This document shows, piece after piece, positions 8,581-17,279 of a stretch of 32,000 nt of DNA; the first letter of the stretch is position 1; every line of letters starts with the position of its first letter. The notes under the pieces are model-generated. The model ran no database searches and had not been told where the DNA came from. It was given only the letters and a program-made list of their open reading frames with translations. Made by a program: the position numbers and the translations under genes. This DNA is from an uncultured SAR116 cluster alpha proteobacterium (GTDB lineage: Bacteria > Pseudomonadota > Alphaproteobacteria > Puniceispirillales > Marisalimonadaceae): contig CACMRG010000013.1 in the NCBI GenBank assembly GCA_902616005.1, forward strand, positions 6,103-38,102. Direction: 5' to 3'.

Positions 8581-9744
8581 ATGTATGATAAAACTCTTAA
8601 CTTTGGATTTAACCAAGATCTTCATCAATTAAAAGATACTATAAATAAATTCGCTCAAAATGAAATTGCTCCATTAGCAAAACGTGTTGATGAAAACAAT
8701 GAATTTCCAAATTTTTTGTGGGAAAAATTTGGAGAATTAGGGTTACTTGGTATTACAGCTGATGAAGATTATGGAGGTACAGGATTAAACTATTTGTCAC
8801 ATTGCATTGTTATGGAGGAAATTAGTCGAGCTAGCGCTTCAGTAGGATTGTCTTATGGAGCATTTTCAAATTTATGTGTGAATCAAATTAATAGAAACGG
8901 AAACCATGAGCAAAAAAATAAATATTTACCAGAGTTATGCTCTGGAAAAAAAATAGGGGCTTTAGCAATGAGTGAGCCAAACTCTGGATCTGACGTTGTT
9001 TCTATGTCATTACATGCTGAAAAACAAGGTAATAAAACATATCTATTGAATGGTACAAAAATGTGGATAACAAACGGTCCAGATGCTGATGTACTAATAA
9101 TATACGCTAAAACAGATCCTTCTGCTGGTTCAAAAGGAATAACTGCATTTATAGTTGAAAAGAACATGGTAGGATTTTCTGTAGGAAAAAAAATTGATAA
9201 ACTTGGAATGCGTGGTTCAAACACGTCTGAATTAATATTTGATAATTGCGAAGTACCTGAAGATAATATTTTAGGAAATCCTGGAGATGGTGCCTCAATA
9301 TTAATGAGTGGTTTAGACTTTGAAAGAGTTGTATTGGCTGCAGGTCCTTTGGGGATCATGGCATCAGCATTGGATATTGTTATCCCTTATACAAAAGAAA
9401 GAAAACAGTTTGGAAAATCAATTGGTCAGTTTCAATTAATACAAGGTAAGATTGCAGATATGTATACTACTCTAAATGCTTGCAGGTCATATGTTTATGC
9501 AGTTGCATCTGCTTGTGATAGAGGTGAAACAACTAGGAAGGATGCTGCAGGTTGTATTTTGTATGCTGCGGAAAAAGCAACAAGTATTACTTTAGATGCT
9601 ATTCAAATTTTAGGTGGTAATGGCTATACGAAAGATTATCCAGTTGAAAGATTATTAAGAGATGCAAAATTATATGAAATTGGTGCAGGAACTTCTGAGA
9701 TAAGAAGAATGCTTATTGGAAGAGAAATATCAGAAGGGAACTAA
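8581..9744 (+). CDS. ivd: Isovaleryl-CoA dehydrogenase
   Basis: 387 aa ACAD. Motifs are [51 protein letters not shown] (Glu at the IVD-type catalytic position) and the C-terminal [19 protein letters not shown]. It is followed directly by mccB. Confidence 0.88.
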   Translation: MYDKTLNFGFNQDLHQLKDTINKFAQNEIAPLAKRVDENNEFPNFLWEKFGELGLLGITADEDYGGTGLNYLSHCIVMEEISRASASVGLSYGAFSNLCVNQINRNGNHEQKNKYLPELCSGKKIGALAMSEPNSGSDVVSMSLHAEKQGNKTYLLNGTKMWITNGPDADVLIIYAKTDPSAGSKGITAFIVEKNMVGFSVGKKIDKLGMRGSNTSELIFDNCEVPEDNILGNPGDGASILMSGLDFERVVLAAGPLGIMASALDIVIPYTKERKQFGKSIGQFQLIQGKIADMYTTLNACRSYVYAVASACDRGETTRKDAAGCILYAAEKATSITLDAIQILGGNGYTKDYPVERLLRDAKLYEIGAGTSEIRRMLIGREISEGN

Positions 9745-9745
9745 T

Positions 9746-11347
9746 ATGAGCATCTTAAAATCGAATTTATCAGTAAATAGTGATATTTTTGTAAAAAATA
9801 AAAATGAAATGCTATCGAAAATTGATGAAATCAAAAAGGTGAAAGATTTTGCCTTTAAAGGAGGTGTTAAAAAATTTAATAAAAAAACTTCTAAAGAAAA
9901 AAAATTACTTCCTAGAATGCGAATTACCCAGTTACTCGACAAAGACTCTACTTTTTTAGAAATAGGTGCATTAGCTGGGCATGACCTTTACGACAACGAG
10001 TGTCCTGGGGGTGGCATAATTACAGGCATTGGAAAAGTTCATGATTTGAGTGTAATGATAATTTGTAATGATTATACAGTAAAAGGGGGTACATATTACC
10101 CTATTACTGTAAAAAAGCATTTAAGGGCTCAAGAAATTGCAATGCAAAATAACTTACCTTGCATATATCTGGTTGATTCAGGAGGAGCAAATCTTCCAAA
10201 TCAAGACGAAGTCTTTCCAGATAGAGATCATTTTGGTAGGATTTTTTATAATCAATCAAAGATGTCTTCTAAAAACATAATGCAAGTGGCAGTTGTTATG
10301 GGAAGTTGTACTGCTGGAGGAGCTTATGTCCCAGCAATGTCTGATGAAACTATTATTGTAAAAAACCAGGGGACTATTTTTTTAGCAGGACCACCTCTAG
10401 TAAAAGCAGCAATTGGAGAAAAAATCTCTGCTGAGGATTTAGGAGGTGGTAAAGTTCATACAGAAATTTCAGGTGTTGCTGACTATCTTGCAGATGATGA
10501 TTATCATGCTTTAGAATTAACTCGCCAATGCATTAAAAATGCAAATATTACTCAAAAAAAATTTGATCAAAAAATAAAGCCACCACTTTATGATAATGAT
10601 GAATTGATTGGAATTGTTCCAAGTGATCTGAAGAAGCCATTTGATATAAGTGAAATTATAATGAGGATAATTGATGATTCTGATTTAGATGAATTTAAAC
10701 CAAACTATGGAAAAACTCTTGTAACAGGTTTTGCTAAAATAAACCAAATCAATTGCGGAATAATAGCCAATAATGGCGTTTTATTTTCTGAGAGTGCACA
10801 AAAAGGAACTCATTTTATTCAACTTTGCACTAAAAGAAAAATACCCATTATATTTTTTCAAAATATTACCGGTTTTATGGTTGGCAAACAAGCTGAACAT
10901 ACCGGAATTGCAAAGAACGGCGCTAAATTAATTAATGCTGTTTCAAATTCAAAATCTCCTAAAATAACCGTCATCGTAGGTGGTAGTTTTGGAGCTGGTA
11001 ATTATGGTATGTGTGGAAGAGCGTTTCAGCCTAATTTTTTATGGATTTGGCCAAGTTCAAAAACATCAGTAATGGGCGGAGAACAAGCAGCTAATGTTTT
11101 ACTGCAACTTAAAAAAATAAATGTTAAAAAGAAAAACGAAGACTGGAATGAAAAGTTAGAAAAAGGGTTTTTTTCAAAATTGGTTAAACAATTTGATTAT
11201 CAATCAAATCCACTTTATTCAACTTCAAGATTGTGGGATGATGGGATAATAGACCCAAGAGATACAAGAAATATCCTTTCAGAGTGTCTGCAAATAAGTT
11301 TGAACTCAAAAATTAAAAAAACAAAATTTGGTCTTTTTAGAATGTAG
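9746..11347 (+). CDS. mccB: Methylcrotonyl-CoA carboxylase beta (carboxyltransferase) subunit
   Basis: Acyl-CoA carboxyltransferase two-domain protein (GGARMQE-equivalent region, MGSCTAGGAYVPAMSDE, GGSFGAGNYGMCGRA). It has the ivd-adjacent context typical of liu/mcc clusters. I use the ATG at 9746 (MSILKSN...), 1 nt after the ivd stop, rather than the overlapping track start at 9716. Confidence 0.85.
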   Translation: MSILKSNLSVNSDIFVKNKNEMLSKIDEIKKVKDFAFKGGVKKFNKKTSKEKKLLPRMRITQLLDKDSTFLEIGALAGHDLYDNECPGGGIITGIGKVHDLSVMIICNDYTVKGGTYYPITVKKHLRAQEIAMQNNLPCIYLVDSGGANLPNQDEVFPDRDHFGRIFYNQSKMSSKNIMQVAVVMGSCTAGGAYVPAMSDETIIVKNQGTIFLAGPPLVKAAIGEKISAEDLGGGKVHTEISGVADYLADDDYHALELTRQCIKNANITQKKFDQKIKPPLYDNDELIGIVPSDLKKPFDISEIIMRIIDDSDLDEFKPNYGKTLVTGFAKINQINCGIIANNGVLFSESAQKGTHFIQLCTKRKIPIIFFQNITGFMVGKQAEHTGIAKNGAKLINAVSNSKSPKITVIVGGSFGAGNYGMCGRAFQPNFLWIWPSSKTSVMGGEQAANVLLQLKKINVKKKNEDWNEKLEKGFFSKLVKQFDYQSNPLYSTSRLWDDGIIDPRDTRNILSECLQISLNSKIKKTKFGLFRM

Positions 11348-11354
11348 AATTTTT

Positions 11355-12140
11355 ATGAATTTCAAGAAGCTTATAGTTACAAAAATTAATAATATTGCTA
11401 CAGAAATTAGGTTAAACGATCCAGATGTTCATAACGCACTTACGCTCGATATCATAAACGAGTTAAGCCTCTGCATTGAAGAGTTATCACAAGACACATC
11501 ATCTCTTATTTTAATTTCAGCAAACGGAAAAAGTTTTTGTGCTGGAGGTGATTTATCATGGATGAAAAAACAACTATCTGCACCAAGAGAGAATAGAATT
11601 AAAGAAGCATCTAAACTTGCTGACTTACTTCTAAAACTTTACAATTGTCCTAAAACTATTATTGGCAAAGTAGAAGGTAATGCCTTTGGTGGTGGTATCG
11701 GGATCATGTCAATATGCGATTTTGTTTTTTCAGTAAAAGATATTAAGATGGCATTAACAGAAGCAAAACTTGGGCTTATACCAGCAACAATAAGTCCTTA
11801 TGTAGTAAGAAAAATTGGTGAAAAAAACGCAATCCACTTATTTATATCTGCAAAATTTTTTGCACCTGAAGATGGAGTTAAATTTGGATTGATTGATTAT
11901 ATATGTGAAAAAAATGAAATTAACTCTAAAATATCAGAATTTTTAAACAGCTTTAAGAATTCAGCTCCGAATTCAATTTTAGAATCAAAAAAACTGGTGA
12001 GAGATTTATCTTATCCTATAGATCAAAATATTGTAGATCTTACAATTAACAAACTAGCAGATATATGGGACACTAAAGAAGCTAAAGATGGTATAAATGC
12101 TTTTTTTAATAAGAAAAAACCTAATTGGATTAAGGAGTAA
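11355..12140 (+). CDS. Enoyl-CoA hydratase/isomerase family (probable methylglutaconyl-CoA hydratase)
   Basis: Crotonase motifs FCAGGDLSWM, GNAFGGGIGIMSICDF and EAKLGLIP are present. Its position after mccB is as in liuC. The ATG at 11355 is preferred over the TTG at 11328, which overlaps mccB. Confidence 0.8.
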   Translation: MNFKKLIVTKINNIATEIRLNDPDVHNALTLDIINELSLCIEELSQDTSSLILISANGKSFCAGGDLSWMKKQLSAPRENRIKEASKLADLLLKLYNCPKTIIGKVEGNAFGGGIGIMSICDFVFSVKDIKMALTEAKLGLIPATISPYVVRKIGEKNAIHLFISAKFFAPEDGVKFGLIDYICEKNEINSKISEFLNSFKNSAPNSILESKKLVRDLSYPIDQNIVDLTINKLADIWDTKEAKDGINAFFNKKKPNWIKE

Positions 12141-12142
12141 TA

Positions 12143-12739
12143 ATGACTAAAATACCAAGACAATTGGCAAAAAATAAAATCACAAGTTTAAATCTTAAAA
12201 ATAAGAAAAAAACTAAAGATGATTTAAATGCTGAAAATTATTTAAAAATTGTTAAAGAAAAAATTGGATTTATCCCAAATGTTTTAGCTGCATTCTCTAA
12301 TTTTCCAAAACAATTTGAAGGTTTTACCAAATTATACAATTCTATTATGTTAGGAGATTCTGGTTTAACTAAGTTAGAAAGAGAAATGATAGCAGTTACT
12401 GTTTCATCTTTAAATCACTGCTATTACTGTATAGTTGCACATGGATCAGCTGTTAGAGAATTATCTGGAGATCCTCAGTTAGGAGAAAGATTAATTTCAA
12501 ACTTAGAAGCAGCAAATTTAGCAAAAAAGCACCAAATAATGCTCAGATATGTAAAAGAGCTTACAAAAAATCCTTCTGACGTAAATAAAAAATCAAGGGA
12601 TGAATTGAGTAAAAATGGTTTTTCTGACAGAGACATTTGGGACATAAGTTTAATTACTGGTTTTTTTAACATGACAAACAGACTAGCTATCGCTACTGAA
12701 ATGGAGCCAAATGATATTTATCACTCATCTCATAGATAA
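12143..12739 (+). CDS. Carboxymuconolactone decarboxylase / AhpD-like family protein (peroxidase-related, CxxC)
   Basis: 198 aa. EREMIAVTVSSLNHCYYCIVAHG contains the AhpD-core CxxC-x2-H motif. Overall length and layout resemble the 'peroxidase-related enzyme' subgroup. Confidence 0.7.
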   Translation: MTKIPRQLAKNKITSLNLKNKKKTKDDLNAENYLKIVKEKIGFIPNVLAAFSNFPKQFEGFTKLYNSIMLGDSGLTKLEREMIAVTVSSLNHCYYCIVAHGSAVRELSGDPQLGERLISNLEAANLAKKHQIMLRYVKELTKNPSDVNKKSRDELSKNGFSDRDIWDISLITGFFNMTNRLAIATEMEPNDIYHSSHR

Positions 12740-12744
12740 TTTTC

Positions 12745-13911
12745 ATGACATTTGAACTAACTGAAACACAAAAAAATATTGTTGAAGCAGCTAAAAAAAT
12801 TTCATCAAAATTTGATGATAATTACTGGTTAGATTTAGATTTAAAATCAAAGTTTCCTTCAGAATTCTATAATGAAGTTGCTAAAAGCGGTTGGTTGGGC
12901 ATGTGTATGCCTGAAGAATATGGAGGAGCTAATTTAGGCATTCAAGAAGCCGCTCTTTTTATGCAAAATATTACAAGAAATGGTGGTGGAATGTCTGCTG
13001 CATCATCAATACATATTAATATCTTTGGACCACACCCTATTGTTGTGCATGGGACTAAAATACAAAAAAAGAATTGGTTACCTAACTTAATTTCTGGAAA
13101 TGATAAAACATGTTTTGGAGTTACAGAACCTGATGCTGGGTTAGATACTGGGAAAATAAAAACTACAGCAAGTAAGATCCAAGGTGGATATTTAATAAAC
13201 GGACAAAAAATTTGGACCTCAACAGCAAAAATTGCAAATAAAATTCTACTTTTAGCAAGAACTTCTGAATTAGGAGAAACAAAAAGTAATATTGATGGAT
13301 TGACTTTATTTTACACAGATTTTGACAGAACAAAAATTGAAGTAAGAGAGATAAAGAAAATGGGGAGAGGTTCTGTTGATAGTAATCAAATCTTTTTTGA
13401 TAATTTAGAAATATCTGAAGAAGACCGAATTGGAGAAGAAGGCAAAGGCTTTAGATATATTTTAGATAGCTTAAATCCTGAAAGAATATTGATTGCAGCA
13501 GAAGCTCTAGGCATTGGAAAAGATGCTTTAGACAAAGCTGTAAAATATGCTAATGAAAGAATTGTATTTGATAGACCGATTGGTAAAAATCAAAGTATTC
13601 AACATCCTTTAGCTGAATTGTGGATAGAACTTGAGGCTGCCGAATTATTAATATCTAAAGCCGCCTATCAATATGATAAAGGTCAAAATTCTGGGGGACT
13701 TGCAAATGCTGCAAAATATTACGCTGCAGAAGTAGCATTTAAAACAGCAACACAAGCTGTTGTAACTTTGGGAGGAATGGGATATGCAAAAGAGTATCAT
13801 GTTGAAAGATTATTAAGAGAATCCTTAATACCAAAGTTAGCACCTGTTAGTTCACAAATGATATTAAATTATATATCAGAAAAAATACTTCATTTACCAA
13901 GATCGTACTAA
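12745..13911 (+). CDS. Acyl-CoA dehydrogenase family protein, substrate unknown
   Basis: 388 aa with ACAD motifs CFGVTEPDAGLDTG, KIWTSTA and LNPERILIAAEALGIGKDALD. The C-terminal RLLRESLIPKLAPVSSQM aligns to ivd [18 protein letters not shown] but has P-K where Y-E normally sits. Confidence 0.85.
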   Translation: MTFELTETQKNIVEAAKKISSKFDDNYWLDLDLKSKFPSEFYNEVAKSGWLGMCMPEEYGGANLGIQEAALFMQNITRNGGGMSAASSIHINIFGPHPIVVHGTKIQKKNWLPNLISGNDKTCFGVTEPDAGLDTGKIKTTASKIQGGYLINGQKIWTSTAKIANKILLLARTSELGETKSNIDGLTLFYTDFDRTKIEVREIKKMGRGSVDSNQIFFDNLEISEEDRIGEEGKGFRYILDSLNPERILIAAEALGIGKDALDKAVKYANERIVFDRPIGKNQSIQHPLAELWIELEAAELLISKAAYQYDKGQNSGGLANAAKYYAAEVAFKTATQAVVTLGGMGYAKEYHVERLLRESLIPKLAPVSSQMILNYISEKILHLPRSY

Positions 13912-13931
13912 TCAAAACTATAGGAAATAAA

Positions 13932-15128
13932 ATGAAACATGCTTTGGAAAATTTAAAAATAATAGATCTAACCAGAGTTCTTGGAGGACCTTACGCAACT
14001 CAAATTCTTGCTGATCATGGAGCCGATGTTATAAAAGTAGAAGCTCACATAGGCGACGAGGTGAGAGGATGGGGGCCACCATTCTCAAATGGAATGGCAT
14101 CATATTTTATAAATGTAAATAGAAATAAAAGATCAATTGCAATTGATTTATTATCAGAAAAAGGAAAAGAAATATTAATTAAACTTCTGGAAGATGCAGA
14201 TGTTCTTATTGAAAATTTTAAAACAGGGACAATGGAAAAATGGGGTTTAGGATATGAAGAAGTTTTAAAAGAAAAATTTCCAAAACTTATTCATTGTAGA
14301 ATATCTGGCTTTGGTCAAGAGGGCCCACTAGGTGGAGCACCTGGTTATGATGCAATTGTTCAAGCGATGACTGGAATGATGTCTATAAATGGAACACCAG
14401 AAAGTGGTAGTGTGAGAATGGGAGCACCCTTTGTAGATATGGGCACTGGTTTATACTCTGCAATTGGAATATTAATGGCTTTACAAGAAAGAAACATCTC
14501 CAATAAAGGCCAATATCTTGACATGACATTATATGACTCTTCTCTAGCTTTAATGCATCCTCACAATGCAAATTTTTTTCTGAGTAAAAAACCTGGAAAA
14601 GCAACAGGAAACTCACATCCTAACATATCTCCATATGACAAGTTCGATACAGCTACAAATGAAATTTTTATGGGAATAGGAAACGATGCTGGATTTGCAA
14701 GACTCTGTAAAGCACTCAATTTAGATAACTTGATAGACGATGATAGATTTAAAACTAATGCAGATAGAGTTAAAAACAGATTAGAATTAACAGATTATTT
14801 ACAAAGTGCACTTAAGGATGTTGATGGAAACTCTTTTTCAGAAAAACTTTTAAATGCAGGTGTTCCAGCTGGTCCAGTCAGGAACATGGAAGAAGCTATC
14901 AATCATTCTCAGACAAAAGAAAGACAAATGGTTCTTCGTAAAGATGAATATCAAGGTATAGCTTCTCCAATAAAGTTTAGCAGATCAAAATCAGTTGGCG
15001 TTAAAAATATACCACCTCAAATTGGTGAACATACAAATGAAATTTTATTGGAGTTAAATTATACAAAAGGTGAAATAGAAAATTTAGTTAGTTCTAATGT
15101 AGTAAAATTGACATTATCAAGTGATTAA
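13932..15128 (+). CDS. Family III CoA-transferase (CaiB/BaiF/Frc-like)
   Basis: 398 aa. The N-terminal LKIIDLTRVLGGPYATQILADHGADVIKVE, then NKRSIAIDL, and FVDMGTGLYSAIGILMAL (catalytic Asp region) are typical of family III CoA-transferases. Confidence 0.88.
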   Translation: MKHALENLKIIDLTRVLGGPYATQILADHGADVIKVEAHIGDEVRGWGPPFSNGMASYFINVNRNKRSIAIDLLSEKGKEILIKLLEDADVLIENFKTGTMEKWGLGYEEVLKEKFPKLIHCRISGFGQEGPLGGAPGYDAIVQAMTGMMSINGTPESGSVRMGAPFVDMGTGLYSAIGILMALQERNISNKGQYLDMTLYDSSLALMHPHNANFFLSKKPGKATGNSHPNISPYDKFDTATNEIFMGIGNDAGFARLCKALNLDNLIDDDRFKTNADRVKNRLELTDYLQSALKDVDGNSFSEKLLNAGVPAGPVRNMEEAINHSQTKERQMVLRKDEYQGIASPIKFSRSKSVGVKNIPPQIGEHTNEILLELNYTKGEIENLVSSNVVKLTLSSD

Positions 15129-15968
15129 CTTTTTAAAATAGTGCTCTCTTATATTGTCATAATTACTCATGATTTTTTTTCTTAATTTTTCTTGTTCTGT
15201 AAAAATGATAAATGACTCTATTCCTTGGAATAAAAAAAGATCAATGCCAGTAATTATTTTTGCTCCACTATTCTCTGAATTTTTTAAAAAAGTTGTTATA
15301 GCAGGCGTGTAAATTACATCAAAAGACCATTGATTACTATTTAATTTCAACCCATCAAATGGATTTCCAGGAGTGTTAATATGACCCTGCTCAGAACAAT
15401 TTAAAAATCCATCAAATTCATGCTGATTTTCTATCAACTCATCTAACTTTATTGAATACACCTGTTCGTTTTGTTTCTTTAAATCCTCTATTAATTTTTC
15501 TAATTTAATGTGATCTTTTTCAATTATGTAAAGTTCTTTAACTCCTAATTTTAATAAAGCAAAACAAACTGATTTTCCAACTCCACCACCTCCTAAAATA
15601 ACTAATTTTGAAGGTTCTTTATTAAAATTAAATTTATAAGTATTAAGAAAACCAGTGAAATCTGTATTATGTGAAGTCATACTTTCATTGATTAAAATAA
15701 GATTGGTTGATTTTACTAACTTTGTTTCTTTACTAAATTTAATTGAATGCTCTAATGCTAGTTCTTTAAAAGGGTAGGTAACATTAATCCCAGAAATATT
15801 CTTTTCTTTTATTTGGCTTAAAAATTTTTTGAAATTAAAATTTGTTTTTGAAGCTTGATCAAAAAGTTCGTACTTAACATCAAACCCAAATTCATTTCCT
15901 AATTTTGTGATAAGATTAGGCATTTCAGATTTTGATATATTGTTTCCTAATAAACCTAATTTAATCAT
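15117..15968 (-). CDS. Shikimate/quinate dehydrogenase family protein (AroE-like, atypical N-terminal motif)
   Basis: 283 aa. It has NVTYPFKE (catalytic Lys), HNTDFTGF (catalytic Asp) and GGGGVGKS (Rossmann). The N-terminal substrate motif reads GNNISKSEMP rather than the usual G-x-P-I-x-H-S-x-S-P. The 3' end overlaps the CoA-transferase 3' end by 12 nt. Confidence 0.75.
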   Translation of the reverse strand: MIKLGLLGNNISKSEMPNLITKLGNEFGFDVKYELFDQASKTNFNFKKFLSQIKEKNISGINVTYPFKELALEHSIKFSKETKLVKSTNLILINESMTSHNTDFTGFLNTYKFNFNKEPSKLVILGGGGVGKSVCFALLKLGVKELYIIEKDHIKLEKLIEDLKKQNEQVYSIKLDELIENQHEFDGFLNCSEQGHINTPGNPFDGLKLNSNQWSFDVIYTPAITTFLKNSENSGAKIITGIDLFLFQGIESFIIFTEQEKLRKKIMSNYDNIREHYFKKLIT

Positions 15969-15980
15969 AAGTAATAATTA

Positions 15981-16244
15981 TTACATTATAGATATGTTTT
16001 GTTCTTTTTTAATTGCCATTACAGATGAAAATGAAGAAACACAGTACGGAACACAAAAGGTAATCATTATTTTGATCCAATTGTTGCCAGTCATCTCACC
16101 CTTTATGATATGATCTCCATGATTTATTCCTGCTAGAATAACACCAACAATTAAAGCAATTTTAAAAGCCCTAAATGCAACGTCTTTTCTTAAAAATAAT
16201 TCTACCATAATGTCCTCATATTTTGTAACCTTACTATAGATCAT
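15981..16244 (-). CDS. NrtS-like small two-TM membrane protein (putative nitrate/nitrite transporter family)
   Basis: 87 aa. ALIVGVILAGINHGDHIIKGEM...WIKIMITFCVPYCVSSFSSV matches my recollection of the NrtS-family pattern (ALxVGTxLxxINHGD ... LTYxVPYCVS). It lies 12 nt upstream of the aroE-like gene on the same strand. The start may be the internal Met (16208). Confidence 0.5.
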   Translation of the reverse strand: MIYSKVTKYEDIMVELFLRKDVAFRAFKIALIVGVILAGINHGDHIIKGEMTGNNWIKIMITFCVPYCVSSFSSVMAIKKEQNISIM

Positions 16245-16275
16245 AATATTTAAAAATAAAGTGTAAGGTATTCGT

Positions 16276-16584
16276 ATGTTAGTAAAAATATTTGTTAGAA
16301 CATTTTCAAGTAATGAAGACTGTGAGCTTTTTGAGTCTATGCTAGAAACAAAATGGCCATCTCTACTTCAGACTGTTAAAGGTGTAAGGTTTAGATCGTT
16401 GAAAAACCCAAACACGCCTAACGTAAGTGTAGTTATTTGGGAATTTCCAGACAAAGAAATTATGAAAAATATCGAAAAACTTATTCAAGAAAATATTCAA
16501 AAGTATGTAAAAACTCTAACACCCAAAACTATTGAATTTACTGGAGTTGTTACACAAGATCTTGGGGACTTGTCATTTAATTAA
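16276..16584 (+). CDS. Hypothetical 102-aa protein, possibly ABM/Dabb-like ferredoxin fold
   Basis: An AAGG motif lies 7 nt upstream of the ATG. The alternating beta-alpha-beta-beta-alpha-beta-like pattern (MLVKIFVRTF...VSVVIWEFPDKEIM...IEFTGVV) resembles small antibiotic-biosynthesis-monooxygenase-type domains. I recognise no firm family motif. Confidence 0.45.
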   Translation: MLVKIFVRTFSSNEDCELFESMLETKWPSLLQTVKGVRFRSLKNPNTPNVSVVIWEFPDKEIMKNIEKLIQENIQKYVKTLTPKTIEFTGVVTQDLGDLSFN

Positions 16585-16589
16585 AATAT

Positions 16590-17279
16590 TTAAACAGATA
16601 AATATTTCTTAACAATCTGATCAGTTAATAAAGAAGGTTTTCCATTCCAAGCATTTTCTCCTCTGTCAAGAATATATAACTTATCTGCAATTTGTTTTAT
16701 TTTGTTCAAGTATTTATCTACTAAAATTATTGAAACTTCCTTTTTTTTAATTTCAGAGATAATAGTCCATATCTCATTTCTTATATTTGGTGATAAACCT
16801 TCAGTTGCTTCATCGAAAATTAACATCTTTGGATTAGTCATAAGAGTTCTTGCGATTGATAACATTTGCTGTTCACCACCAGATAAAGAATTTGACATTT
16901 GAGTTAAACGTTCAGATAACCGTGGAAAAATTTTTTTAATTTTATTTAGATCCCAATAACCCTTTCTAGAAGCAACAATCAAGTTTTCTTCAACAGTAAG
17001 ATTTGAAAAAATCCTTCTGCCTTCAGGCACTAAACCGATACCTAATTTAGATATTTCAAAACTTGGTAAATTTGAAATTAAATTATTTTTAAAAAATATT
17101 TTGCCTGAAACTTTCTCGATTATCCCACATACTGAATGTAAAGTAGTAGTTTTTCCCATTCCATTTCTACCCAGTAAGGCAACAATTTCTCCTTCTTTAA
17201 TTTCAATTTCCACTTCATTTAGTACGCGGGTATCACCATACCAAGCACTTAATCGGTCTATTTTAAGAAGTGTATTCAA
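16590..17279 (-). CDS. livF: Branched-chain amino acid ABC transporter, ATP-binding protein (LivF-type)
   Basis: 229 aa with Walker A GRNGMGKTT, signature LSGGEQQML and Walker B LIFDEATEGL. The TTG start overlaps the livG stop (TTGA). Confidence 0.88.
   Translation of the reverse strand: MNTLLKIDRLSAWYGDTRVLNEVEIEIKEGEIVALLGRNGMGKTTTLHSVCGIIEKVSGKIFFKNNLISNLPSFEISKLGIGLVPEGRRIFSNLTVEENLIVASRKGYWDLNKIKKIFPRLSERLTQMSNSLSGGEQQMLSIARTLMTNPKMLIFDEATEGLSPNIRNEIWTIISEIKKKEVSIILVDKYLNKIKQIADKLYILDRGENAWNGKPSLLTDQIVKKYLSV

Noticed and set aside
8883-9359. The longest shadow ORF (158 aa), antisense to ivd.
   Set aside because: It lies entirely inside the strongly supported isovaleryl-CoA dehydrogenase gene. 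It has no start context and a proline/serine-rich composition typical of the reverse frame of an ACAD gene.
9716-9745. N-terminal extensions suggested by the ORF track for mccB (9716), the enoyl-CoA hydratase (11328, TTG), the DCC-family gene (21740) and tkt (2499, TTG).
   Set aside because: Each extension overlaps the preceding gene or uses a non-ATG codon, while an ATG a few codons downstream gives an N-terminus of normal family length. I chose the shorter starts, but they remain uncertain.
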